From the NCBI RefSeq assembly GCF_006345805.1, contig NC_043003.1, forward strand, positions 26,412,001 through 26,476,000: 64,000 bases of DNA. Direction: 5' to 3'. Position numbers and translations under genes: made by a program. The stretch's first letter is position 1. The number at the start of each line of letters is the position of its first letter. Of this stretch, positions 51,242-62,447 are shown in pieces. Source of the DNA: Octopus sinensis. Lineage: Eukaryota. Below the pieces are notes generated by a model. It had not been told where the DNA came from and made no database searches. It saw only the letters and a program-made list of their open reading frames with translations.

Positions 51242-51836
51242 TATATATATAAAAAGGGAGAGAGACAGAGAGAGAGAGAAGCAGACAGACAGAGAGGCAG
51301 GGATTGTTTTGATGCATCCTGCATTGATCCCACAAGCGTGGGATATTGTATGACCAGCTCTATCATTTCTTATATGCTCAATGAACATCATACATTGAGG
51401 AATTCCTGATGTAGATCCAATGATGATTATATTGACACCGTGGATGACATCAGGTAAACATGGGCAGTGAATGTGCTTCATCAGCATACTAGGAATAACC
51501 CAACACTTGAATATATATACATAGTAAATATATGTTATCATCATCATCATCGTTTAACGTCCACTTTCCATGCTAGCATGGGTTGAACAGTTTTGACTGA
51601 GGGCTGGCAACCAGATGGCTGCACCAGGCTCCAGTCTTGATCTGACAGAGTTTCTACAGCTGGATGCCCTTCCTAACGCCAACCACTCCGAGAGTGTAGT
51701 GGGTGCTTTTTACATGCCACATATATGCACATAATCTTTAATACAAACACACAAACACAATAATATAGTCATTTGATCTCTTTACTTCTCACATGAACAG
51801 GCATACGAGAAGTAAAGAGATGAAATGACTATATTA

Positions 51837-53119
51837 TTGGGTCATCCGGAAAGTTTGTGCCAATTTTTAAAGGGAAGAAAAAGGTCAATAAATACTTGCC
51901 ATTACATTTTTAATCAACCAAATATGAACCATTTTGTTGCACAATGCCTCTCCATCTTTCCTTTAACTTGAAAATACCCTCTTCCAAGAATTGAGGTGGT
52001 TTCATGGCAAAGAATTCATCAATATATCTTTTTATATCATCCAAGGAATTGAAATTTTTACCATTAAGACTATTCTGCAGAGACCTGAATAAGTGGAAAT
52101 CCGAAGGAGCAATATCTGGTAAATATGGAGGGTGGGGCAACACATCCCAGCCAAGCTGTAGCAATTTTTGGCTGGTTCCCAAAGAAACAGGCAGTTTTGC
52201 ATTATCATGTTGGTAAACAACACCCTTCCTGTTGGCCAATTCTGAAAGTTTTCTTGAATTGCTGCTTTTAACTCGTCCAGTTGTATGCAGTATTTCTCAG
52301 AATTAATTGTCTAGTTACTTGGGAGAAGCTCATAGTACAGAATTCCTTTTCAATCCCACCAGACACAAAGCAAGACTTTTTTAGGGTAAAGACCCACTTT
52401 TGGGGTGGCTAAGGGTGGCTCATGTCGCTTACTCCAGGATCGCTTTCTCTGAACATTTCGGTAGATAATCCATTTCTCATCACCGGTCACAATTTGCTTT
52501 AAAAAAGGCACGTTTTCATTCCGTTTATAAAGCGAATCACAGATGGAAATGCAATCCAAACAGTTCTTCTCACTCAACTCATATGGTACCCAAACATCAT
52601 AGCGATTTGTGTATCTTAGCTTTATCAGGTGCTCATGAACGACGGATTTTGATAGGTTGAGGCTTTCTGCCAATTCTCAAGTTGTGCATTGTGGGTTATT
52701 CTCAATTAATGACTTGATTTGGTCATCATCTGTAGTGGATGGTCTGCCTGATCGCTCTTTATCAATAAGGCTACAATCTCCAGCTTGGAACCTTGTGAAC
52801 CACTTCCGTACAGTTCTTTCGGATAAAGAAATATTACTGTAAACTGCATATATTTCTTTGGTTGCTTGTGGGGCATTTTTCCCTTTATGGAGAAAGAAAA
52901 GCATCAAGTGCCGAAAATGAACTTTCATATCTTCCATTTTAAAGGGTTACAGAATTAACACAGATTATAAGAAGATAAACCTTCTTCCATGAAAGAAAAG
53001 CTTAAACTGTGCTCTAAATGGCAGTGTAGTCAAATCCTATTTTATGGCCTCAACCATGTTCTGAAATAAATCAAAAGGTAAGCTACTATAAATCGGCACA
53101 AACTTTCTGGACAACCCAA
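51837..53119 (-). mobile_element. Full-length mariner transposon (1283 bp), mellifera-subfamily-like
   Basis: TIRs ttgggtcatccggaaagtttgtgccaatt / aatcggcacaaactttctggacaacccaa; TA duplication at 51835-51836 and 53120-53121. Confidence 0.95.
51910..52937 (-). pseudogene. Mariner DD34D transposase, inactivated
   Basis: MEDMKVHFRHLMLFF..KGKNA, WVPYEL, IVTGDEKW, YQHDNA, HPPYLPDIAPSDFHLF; three premature stops and one 1-nt frameshift near 52245. Confidence 0.95.
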
Positions 53120-53525
53120 TACATAAATTCACTTATCTATATTAGTTTATAGCTAATATTAGTTTAAATTTTGGTACAAAGCCAGCAATTTTGGGCAAGG
53201 GGTTAAGTTGATTACATTGACCCAAGTTTGTTAAGGTTATTTCTACAGATATCCCACACAAATTATAGCCAACACTGATTTTTGCTACTATATTTCGTAT
53301 ACAAGATGTCAGATGTAAACAAACAATGAGATCAAGGATGAAAAATGGGTAATGGGTGTATGTGCCAAATTTTGGTGGGTGTTTGCCCCTTCATCACCCC
53401 CATCTAATCCATTAATCATCTTCAAATACATTGCTTAAACAGTCACTATATATATAGCAGTGTAATATACTTTATGGTTTATTTTGGTTGCATAACGAAA
53501 TACCATGTATGTACAAATCATTAGT

Positions 53526-53749
53526 TATTTCTTTACTGCCCACAAGGGGCTAAACATAGAAGGGACAAACAAGGACAGAGGGATTAAGTCGATTACATCA
53601 ACCCCAGTGCATAACTGGTACTTAATTTATCGCCCCCAAAAGGATGAAAGGCAAAGTTGACCTCAACAGAATTTGAACTCAGAACGTAACGGCAGACGAA
53701 ATACCGCTAAGCATTTTGCCTGGCATGCTAACGATTCTGCCAGCTCGCC
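53526..53749 (-). mobile_element. SINE family B monomer with 14-bp TSD
   Basis: tacaaatcattagt at 53512-53525 and 53750-53763. Confidence 0.88.
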
Positions 53750-53964
53750 TACAAATCATTAGTATCACCCCAAGTGTTCAACTGGTACTTGTTGTATCAA
53801 CCCCAAAAGGAAGAAAGGCAAAATCAACCCTGGTAGAATTTGAACTCAGGATGTGAAGATGGATAAAAAAACAGCAGTTTTTTCCAGCTGCTAACGATTC
53901 TGTCAGTGTTTGAAAACATATAAGAATCACAGATATGGTATAGCCTTGAGTTGACGTTAAAGGT

Positions 53965-54071
53965 CATCAAAACCAAGCAGATATATTCTCAGTTAAGTGA
54001 GATAAAAGCAGATAAACCTTTTATCTCCTTTTATCTCACTTAACTGACAAAATATCTGCCTGGTCTTGATG
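53965..54071. repeat. 44-bp-arm inverted repeat next to a hammerhead-like remnant
   Basis: Arms 53965-54008 / 54028-54071 with 4 mismatches; followed by ...ttgatgcctcacgagt-GAAAC-tca-GAGTA. Confidence 0.75.
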
Positions 54072-54149
54072 CCTCACGAGTGAAACTCAGAGTAGTAAGA
54101 GACTCGCTTGAACAAACTAATACACACACACACTCATATTCTTTTATTT

Positions 54150-54565
54150 ATTCTTTCATTCTTTTATTTGTTTCAGTCATTTGACTGCGGCCATGCTGGA
54201 GCACCTTCTTAAAGGGTTTTAGCCGAAGAAATCGACTCCAGGACTTATTCTTTGTAAACCAAGTACTTATTCTACCAATCTCTTTTGCTGAACAGCTAAT
54301 GTTACAGGGATGTAAGCACACCAATATCGGTTGTCAAGCAATGGCGGTGGGGATAAACACAGACACACACATATAAATATGTACACATATATATGATGGG
54401 CTTCTTTCAGTTTCCGCCTACCAAATCCACTCATAAGGCTTAGATTGGCTCAAGGCTATGGTAGAAGACAGTTGCCTAGGGTGCCATGCAGTGGGACTGA
54501 ACCCGGAACCATGTGGTTGGGAAGCAAGCTTCTTACCACAAAGCCACGCAAGCACCTATTTATAT
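54150..54565 (-). mobile_element. SINE family A
   Basis: Complete head, body and tail. Confidence 0.85.
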
Positions 54566-54800
54566 ATAGGTGAAGGTGTGGTTTGTGGTAAGAAGCTTAC
54601 TTCACAATAGCTACATTGTCCTGGGTTCAATTCCACTGCACAGCATCTTGGAACATTGCAGTAGACGAAATACTTATTTCTTTACTACCCACAAGGGGCT
54701 AAACACCTTGGGCCAGTGTCTTTTGTTATAGCCTCGGGCCAACCAAAGCCATAAAGCATTATGAATGGATCTAGTAGACAGAAACAGCAAGAAGCCCAAA

Positions 54801-54831
<31 letters not shown>

Positions 54832-54852
54832 TTCATGTATATATATATATAT

Positions 54853-55078
54853 ATATGAAAGAAAAAAGGTGTTCAGAATGCTGGATGGTTGTAAAAATAT
54901 ATATTTATTTACATATCACATATTATTTCTTCATATTAGTGCTTTCAACTACTACTGTAGTTTAATCAGAAACTACAGGAGTAGTTGAAAGTGCTAAAAG
55001 AAGAAATAATATGTGGTATGTAAATAAATATATATTTTTACAACCATCCAGCATTCTGAACACCTTTTTTTTTCATAT
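54853..55078. repeat. ~225-bp fold-back (arms ~108 bp)
   Basis: tatgaaagaaaaaaggtgttcagaatgctgg ... ccagcattctgaacacctttttttttcata; apex gtagttt-aatcag-aaactac. Confidence 0.9.
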
Positions 55079-55131
55079 GTATTAAATCTGTACATCACCC
55101 CAACACTTCTAACATATATATATATATATAT

Positions 55132-55615
55132 ATACTACAAAATTAGAGAATGGGAAATATACTTAAATCAGTAAAACATCAACTATCCGATGATACTCAA
55201 TCCATACTTTAATACACCATTACATATGAGTAAAGGCAATACATAAAATGAAATGAGATATACAGTAATAGTAAAAAGATAAAGAGATATAAGTAAAAAA
55301 TTTTTTTCAAAATAATATGCCAATAATCAAAAACTGACAGCTGTTTCGGCAGTGAGGACAGTCATACCTCATTTAAATGAGGTATGACTGTCCTCACTGC
55401 CGAAAAGCTGTCAGTTTTGATTATTTGCATATTATATTTGAAAAAAATTTTTTACTTATATCTCTTTATCTTTTACTATTACTGTATATCTCATTTCATT
55501 TATGTATTGCCTTTACTCATATGTAATGGTGTATTAAAGTATGGATTGAGTATCATCGGATAGTTGATGTTTTACTGATTTAAGTATATTTCTCCATTCT
55601 CTAATTTTGTAGTAT
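55132..55615. mobile_element. 484-bp near-perfect palindrome of a Penelope-like terminus, with the apex inside a hammerhead core
   Basis: Zero-spacer centre at 55374/55375; each arm reads ATGA-ggtatga-ctgtcc-tcactgcc-GAAA(C)-agct-GTC-agtt. Confidence 0.8.
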
Positions 55616-55941
55616 TAATTACACGGTAATATTATTACCTTTACATATAATGCAATAGATGAACTGATTGTTTGACAATTGTTAACATCTATGTATTAAA
55701 TTTGTTGGGGTACCTATCTGCAGTATATTGGATATATATTATCCCATGGTGGGTTGAATTTTCAACCCCTATCTCATTTTATAACCTATATATATATATA
55801 TATATATAATATATGAATAAAAAAATGGAGTTAACGCAGGTGTAATCAAATATTTTACTTTCGACACATGTTTCGAAAATTCCACTGATACTATTTATTT
55901 ATTTTTTCCGTGTTAATTGTTAACAAGGTAAAAATACACTC

Positions 55942-55991
<50 letters not shown>

Positions 55992-56086
55992 AGAAGTGTG
56001 TGCCTGTGTATGTGTGTTTATACATATATATACACTCACAGATACATGCATATATATTTACCCACACATACATGCACAGAAAGAGG

Positions 56087-56118
<32 letters not shown>

Positions 56119-57307
56119 TTCACACAGAGACAAAGTCAGAGAGTTAAACATAGGTATAAACCAGTTATGTTTCAATTGGTTGTCAGTGAATGTTTCGATA
56201 CATTACTAAGAATGAAAAACAGATTTATTGAGTTAAACTGTTAAGAAGATTTGTTGATCAAGGCTGACATAGCCTCATTAACGATGACAACCTGATGTAG
56301 ACTATCAATACCTGCATTTACTTTTTTTGACACCGCCATCACTGCCACCACCACTATCCTTCACATGCTGCCACTACACTCATCATTTTCTTTCTTAATA
56401 TCACCACCATCAACACCTTCACCACTACCACCACCACCACCGTTCCACTAACACCACCACCACCATCACCACTACCATCATCCTTAACACTTCCACAAAA
56501 CATTGAATGAAACACTGACTTGGCCTCTATGCGGCAGATTGACCTTCAAGAAATGGTAGCCAAATCTCCATCAAGCTCTGGGTAAGGACACATTGGATAA
56601 AGCATTTCTAGATCTGGTAAAGGCTTATAAGTGGATTTGGTAAATGAAAACTGAAAAGAAGCCCATTGTATATAACAGATAGATAGATAGGTAGGTAGGT
56701 AGGTATGAAAGTAATATAGATAGGCAAGTGCGAACATACAAACACACAAAAGGAGACAGAAACACATAACCATATATACACACACACACACTCCACACAC
56801 ACAGGCACATACGGATACACATCCATACATAACGGACACATGCACATAATCACACATAGACATACTCAAACAGGCACATGCAGGGAAGCAGAGGTATACA
56901 CACAAATGCACACACATACATACATACACACATACAATCATGTACATACACACACACACAAACACAGGAATATACAGAATACACACACACACACATAATA
57001 TATATGTACATACGTGCAAACATACACACATACACATGCATACATACATACACATGCATACATACATGCATGCATACACACATACATACATATGTGCATA
57101 CACAAGCACACACACGTGCATAACAGGATCTCAAATAAACCAAAGGAATGCAGTTCTGATAGCAGAGTTGATATCCATTGAAATGGTTGCAAAAGCAATG
57201 AAAATTTTAGAAAACACACAAAAAAAAAATTATAATAAATGAGTGGAAACTGAACCAGTGAGTGTGTTAGATATTAATGCAGTATTACTCTCCCCAGACA
57301 CAACAAT

Positions 57308-57349
<42 letters not shown>

Positions 57350-57449
57350 GGATAGATGGATGGATGGATGGATGGATGGATGGATGGGTGGATGGGTGGG
57401 TGGGTGGATGGATGGATGGATGGATGGATGGATGTCCTTAAATCCTTAA

Positions 57450-57652
57450 AAATGTTACAGCCCGAAAGCTGTGGCCATGCTGGGGCACCACTGTTGAATG
57501 AGCTACACTAGTATGTGAAATCACCTGATACGTGGCACTTGGTCAACAAGGGAGTTCGACACCGCTGCCCGCATCTGTGTTTCCTGCCAAGAGCTAGGTT
57601 TATCTGGAACCCCTGACAAGAAGAGATCCAGTTTAGTTTTAAAGAAACCCAC
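57450..57652 (-). mobile_element. CR1-group LINE 3' end fragment
   Basis: FKTKLDLFLSGVPDKPSSWQETQMRAAVSNSLVDQVPRIR* plus tail gtggtgccccagcatggccacagct; homologous to 63350-63566. Confidence 0.85.
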
Positions 57653-57689
57653 ATATATATATTCAAAATGTAACATGTGAATCATTGGC

Positions 57690-57860
57690 AATTTTTTTTC
57701 CTCCGTCTTCCTTTTCTATTGGAGTTTCCTCTATTTCTGAAGAAGAGCTTTGCTCGAAATGTTAAACCATCTTTCTTTCCTTCCCTGAATGTCTGCTAAA
57801 ACTTTACATGTACCAAATCCTCACGTTGTTTTTTGTGTTTGTTCTTTGTTTTTTGGGGTT
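57690..57860 (+). mobile_element. Penelope-like terminal remnant with minimal hammerhead (57734-57766)
   Basis: ttt-CTGAAGA-a-gagc-ttt-gctc-GAAAT-gtt-aaa; C>T change in the palindromic stem III (AACGTT). Confidence 0.6.
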
Positions 57861-59883
57861 TTTTTGGCATTTACTATATATATAATGAGAGCAATCCATT
57901 GGTAATAACAACAAGGGTCTCAGCTGATACAATCAACGGAACAGCTTGCTTGTGAAATTAATCTCAGGGAGGACACAGAGTGTGATAAGGCTGGCCTTTG
58001 AAATACAGGTGGTACACATTTTTACCAGCTGAGTGGACTGGAGCAACGTGAAATAAAGTGTCTTGCTCAAAGACACAACGCATCACCAGAAATTGAACTC
58101 ACAACCTTACAATCGCAAGCCGAATGCCCTAACCACCAAGCCACACACCTTCATATATATAATCATAATCAACATTTAACATCTGTTCTTCATGCTGTCA
58201 TGGGTTAGATGGTTTGACAGAAACTGACCTGCTGGAGTGCTGCCTGGGCTCCAACTATCTGTTTTGGCCATGATTTCTACACCTGGATGCCCTTCCTAAC
58301 ACCAACTACCTTACAGAGTATGCTGGGTGCTTTTATGCAGCACTAGCATGAGCACTTCTATATAGCACCAGCACAGGTGTTTTTACATGGCTCCAGCACC
58401 CACAAGCCCACAAAAACTAGGACCTCTCAGCTGAGAGAGGGATGTAGAGGATACACCTGTATGTATGGATGGCCACGATTTTATTTAACATTTATATACT
58501 TGAGGAGATCTATTGAGTCAAGTACATCAACATCAAAATAAATATCAAATGGAAATTGTAGTTGTAATACCTGTGCCAGTGGCACGTAAAAAGTACCATC
58601 CGAATGTGGCCGATGCCAGCGCTGCCTAGACTGGCTTCTGTGCCGGTGGCACGTAAAAAGTACCAACCGATCGTGGGTGTTGCCAACCTCCCCTGGCACC
58701 TGTGCCAGTGACACGCAAAAAGCATCCACTATACTCATGGAGTAGTTGGCGTTAGGAAGAGCATCCAGCTGTAGAAACACTGCCAGATCAAACTGGAGCC
58801 TGGTGCAGCCACCTGGCTTTCCAGACCCTGGTCGAACCATCCAACCCGTGCTAGCACGGAAAACGGACGTTAAACGATGATGATGATGATATATATACAC
58901 ACACACACATACACACAGGGTGTCCCAAAAGTCACTAATGGGTTTCAATTTTTAATAACTTCTTTACTTTATAAATAAATGCATGAAATTTTGATACAAT
59001 ATAAAGGACCTAATGGAAATTAATATGCATGAGTCAAATTTTGCAACACCACTACATTACATCTTTGTTCCTGTCCATGACATAATCAAAGACTACAGCA
59101 TACACGTGATCACAAAAATACAAATTTCACAACTTGCAAAGTAAATACAGCAATGTCACTTGGCACACTGCCTCATGAAGGTCACTGCTAGCTGTCACTG
59201 CGCACACAGCCATGTGCTGCCATCTGTTGACATGTTACAGAACTAGTCTGCGAACTTTTTTGATACCACCTCATATCATCATCATAATCATCATTGTTTA
59301 ATGTCTGCTTTCCATGCTAGCATGGGTTGGACAATTTGACTGAGGACTGGCGACCCAGATGGCTGCACCAGGCTCCAATCTGATCTGGCAGAGTTTCTAC
59401 AGCTGGATGCCCTTCCTAACGTCAACCACTCCGAGAGTGTAGTGTGTGCTTTTACGTGCCACTGGCACGAAGGCCAGTCAGGCAGTACTGGCAACGGCCT
59501 TGCTTGAATGTTTCATATATATATATATATGTTCATTTATCCATGTGTGTGTGTCTGTATTTATCCTCCACCCTCACTTGACAACTGGTGCTGGTGGCAT
59601 ATAACTTAGCAGTTCTGCAAAAAAGATCAATAAAATAAGTACTAGGCTTAAAATCAATAAGTACTGGGGTTGATTCATTTGACAGACAATTCTTCAAGCA
59701 GTGCCCCACTGTGGCACAGTGTAATGATAGAAACAAGTAAAAGATATTTATATACATATATCCATATATATCCATATATATATACATATGTATATATATC
59801 CATATCCATATATATATATATATGTGTAGTTTGATGTTTGCAAATTTTTTATGTGTGTAATTTTGGTGTGAATCCCAACTAAG

Positions 59884-60288
59884 TAGCAAACCTGGGCACG
59901 AAACCATTAATCATTAATTAATGAGGTTAACATTTCCATTAACAATTTAACTTTTAAGTTAATTTTGGAAATCATTACCGGACTAATCAACAACCGTTAC
60001 ATTTAACTTCCGTTAACTCAAGTCAACTTGAACTAGCTTCTGTTAACTTCAATTCATTTGAAGTTAACAGATTTTATAGTTTTGATACTTTTTAAAGGAG
60101 TTTCAAGTTGATTTTAGAGCAAAGAATGATTTTTTTCTATAATAAAAGTTAATGTTAACAGTCTACCGCTAACTTCCGTTACATTTTTTAAAGAATTAAC
60201 TAATTAACGTTTATGGAAGTTAACTTTTTGGTTAATGGATTAGCAGTTAATGAAGTTAACTTTTTGATTAATGGTGCCCACCTTTGCT
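59884..60288. mobile_element. hAT-like MITE with internal ttaac repeats
   Basis: TIRs tagcaaacctgggcac / gtgcccacctttgcta. Confidence 0.6.
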
Positions 60289-60501
60289 AAGCAGACCTAT
60301 CATCAAAGACATTCTGGATGTTAACACCTAGCATTGTTTTTCTTTCAGACATTGTACATCTTAGACTACGTTATCCAATGTGGAATTCCACTGGGGTTTT
60401 TTTTCTACTAAAACTGTAGAGATTGACTAGAGACAAATCTGGGAGCTCATTCTAGCAGGTTGAGCAGAAAACCCATTGTAAATATTAGCTATGCACACAC
60501 A

Positions 60502-60532
<31 letters not shown>

Positions 60533-60674
60533 GTGTGTGAGTGTGTCTATGTATACATTACGTTTCTATGTATATGAATGTTTATACATACGTGTGTGCG
60601 TGTGCGTATTAACATATAAATATACATATCCATCTATATATGTATTTACACACACATACACAAATACACACACA

Positions 60675-61766
60675 CATCATCATCATCATCATCATCATCA
60701 TCATTTAGCGTCCGTTTTCCATGCTAGCATGGGTTGGACGGTTCTACTGGGGTCTGTGAAGCCAGAAGGCTTCATCAGGCCCAGTCAAATCTGGCAGTGT
60801 TTCTACGGCTGGATGCCTTCCTAACGCCACCACTCCGTGAGTGTAGTGGGTGCTTTTTACGTGCCACCCGCACTGGTGCCAGACAGAGCTGGCAACGGCC
60901 ACGAACGGATGGTGCTTTTTATGTGCCACCGGCACGAGGGCCAGGCGAGGCTGGCAACGGACACGAAACGGGGCGGTGCTGGCAACGGTCGCGAAACGGA
61001 AAGTTCTCTTACATGCCACCGGCACTGGTAACACATCTGCAATTTCCATTGATCGATTTCCATTGATCGATTTCGATTCTGATCCTCACTTGCCATAATG
61101 GGTCTTCACAAGCAGAGTTTCGACATGCCACCACCGCACTGGTAGCACATCCGCAATTTCCATTGATCGATTTCGATTCTGATCCTCACTTGCCTCAACA
61201 CGTCTTCACAAGTAGAGTTTTGTGTCCCAAGAAGGGAAGGTATGCATACGTAGGCTGGCTCCATCCCATGTAGAAGGCCACGGGTTGTGGACTCACTTGT
61301 CCTGCTGGGTCTTCTCGCGCACAGCACACTTCCAGAGGTCTCGGTCTCTAGTCATTTCCTCAGTGAGACCTAAAGTTCGAAGGTCGTGCTTCACCACCTC
61401 GTCCCAGGTTTTCCTGGGTCTGCCTCTTCCACAGGTTCCCTCAACCGCTAGGGTGTGGCACTTTTTCACACAACTATCTTCATCCATTCTCGCCACATGA
61501 CCATACAGCGCAAACGTCTCTCTTGCACATCACAACTGATGCTTCTTAGGTCCAGCTTTTCTCTCAGGTACTTACACTCTGCCGAGTGTGAGTACCGGCA
61601 TTACACATCCATCGGAGCATACTGGCTTCATTTCTCTAGCGAGCTTACGCATATCCTCAGCAGTCACGGCCCATGTTTCACTGCCATGTAGCATGGCTGT
61701 TCGTACACACGCATCATACAGTCTGCCTTTCACTCTGTGCGAGAGGCCTTTTGTCACCAGCAGAGG
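60675..61766 (-). mobile_element. 5'-truncated RTE-clade LINE (C-terminal coding 61766-61293 plus ~620-nt 3' UTR and (GAT)n tail)
   Basis: RLYDACVRTAMLHGSETW...RRLRWYGHVARM...VEGTCGRGRPRKTW...RDLW. Confidence 0.92.
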
Positions 61767-61778
61767 TATATATATATA

Positions 61779-61960
61779 TGCCAGTGGCACGTAAAAAGCA
61801 CCCACTACACTCACGGAGTGGTTGGCGTTATGAAGGGCATCCAGCCGTAGAAACATTGCCAGATCAGACTGGGCTTGGTGCAGCCTTCTGGCTTCCCAGT
61901 TGAACCGTCCAACCCATGCTAGCATGGAAAGTGGACGCTAAATGATGATGATGATGATGA
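61779..61960 (+). mobile_element. RTE 3' UTR/tail copy in opposite orientation
   Basis: gtggcacgtaaaaagcacccactacac...catggaaagtggacgctaaatgatgatg. Confidence 0.85.
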
Positions 61961-61968
61961 TATATATA

Positions 61969-62004
<36 letters not shown>

Positions 62005-62012
62005 AGCACACA

Positions 62013-62051
<39 letters not shown>

Positions 62052-62235
62052 ATGTATGTATATCAGTCACCTAAAATAACCATGCATATGCTGCAAAGTA
62101 TTGACCAGTTCTGCAGAATCAGCATCTTACTTTTGTGTCAAGCATAAATCACTCTCCTCTGGCAACAGTACAGCACTGTTTCCTATTGATTATTATAAAT
62201 CAGAAATAGTGTTGTATTGTGTACTCATACACACA

Positions 62236-62273
<38 letters not shown>

Positions 62274-62295
62274 TATACATACATACATACATACA

Positions 62296-62348
<53 letters not shown>

Positions 62349-62447
62349 ACATATATATATACATACATACATATATATACATACATACATACATACATAT
62401 ATATATATATGTATATACATATACACATACATACATACATACATACA

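Noticed and set aside
55639-55688. 50-nt minus-strand exon candidate (VNNCQTISSSIALYVK)
   Set aside because: Phase 1-0, with no compatible partner found; signals are moderate and could be chance
58915-59270. Single mariner-type MITE
   Set aside because: The two ends (cagggtgtccca and gataccacctca) are not inverted repeats of each other; probably two unrelated fragments
60755-60780. CTGATGA plus a 4-bp stem on the minus strand of the RTE tail
   Set aside because: No GAAA follows, and other copies read ggtgcagcc at this position; a chance match
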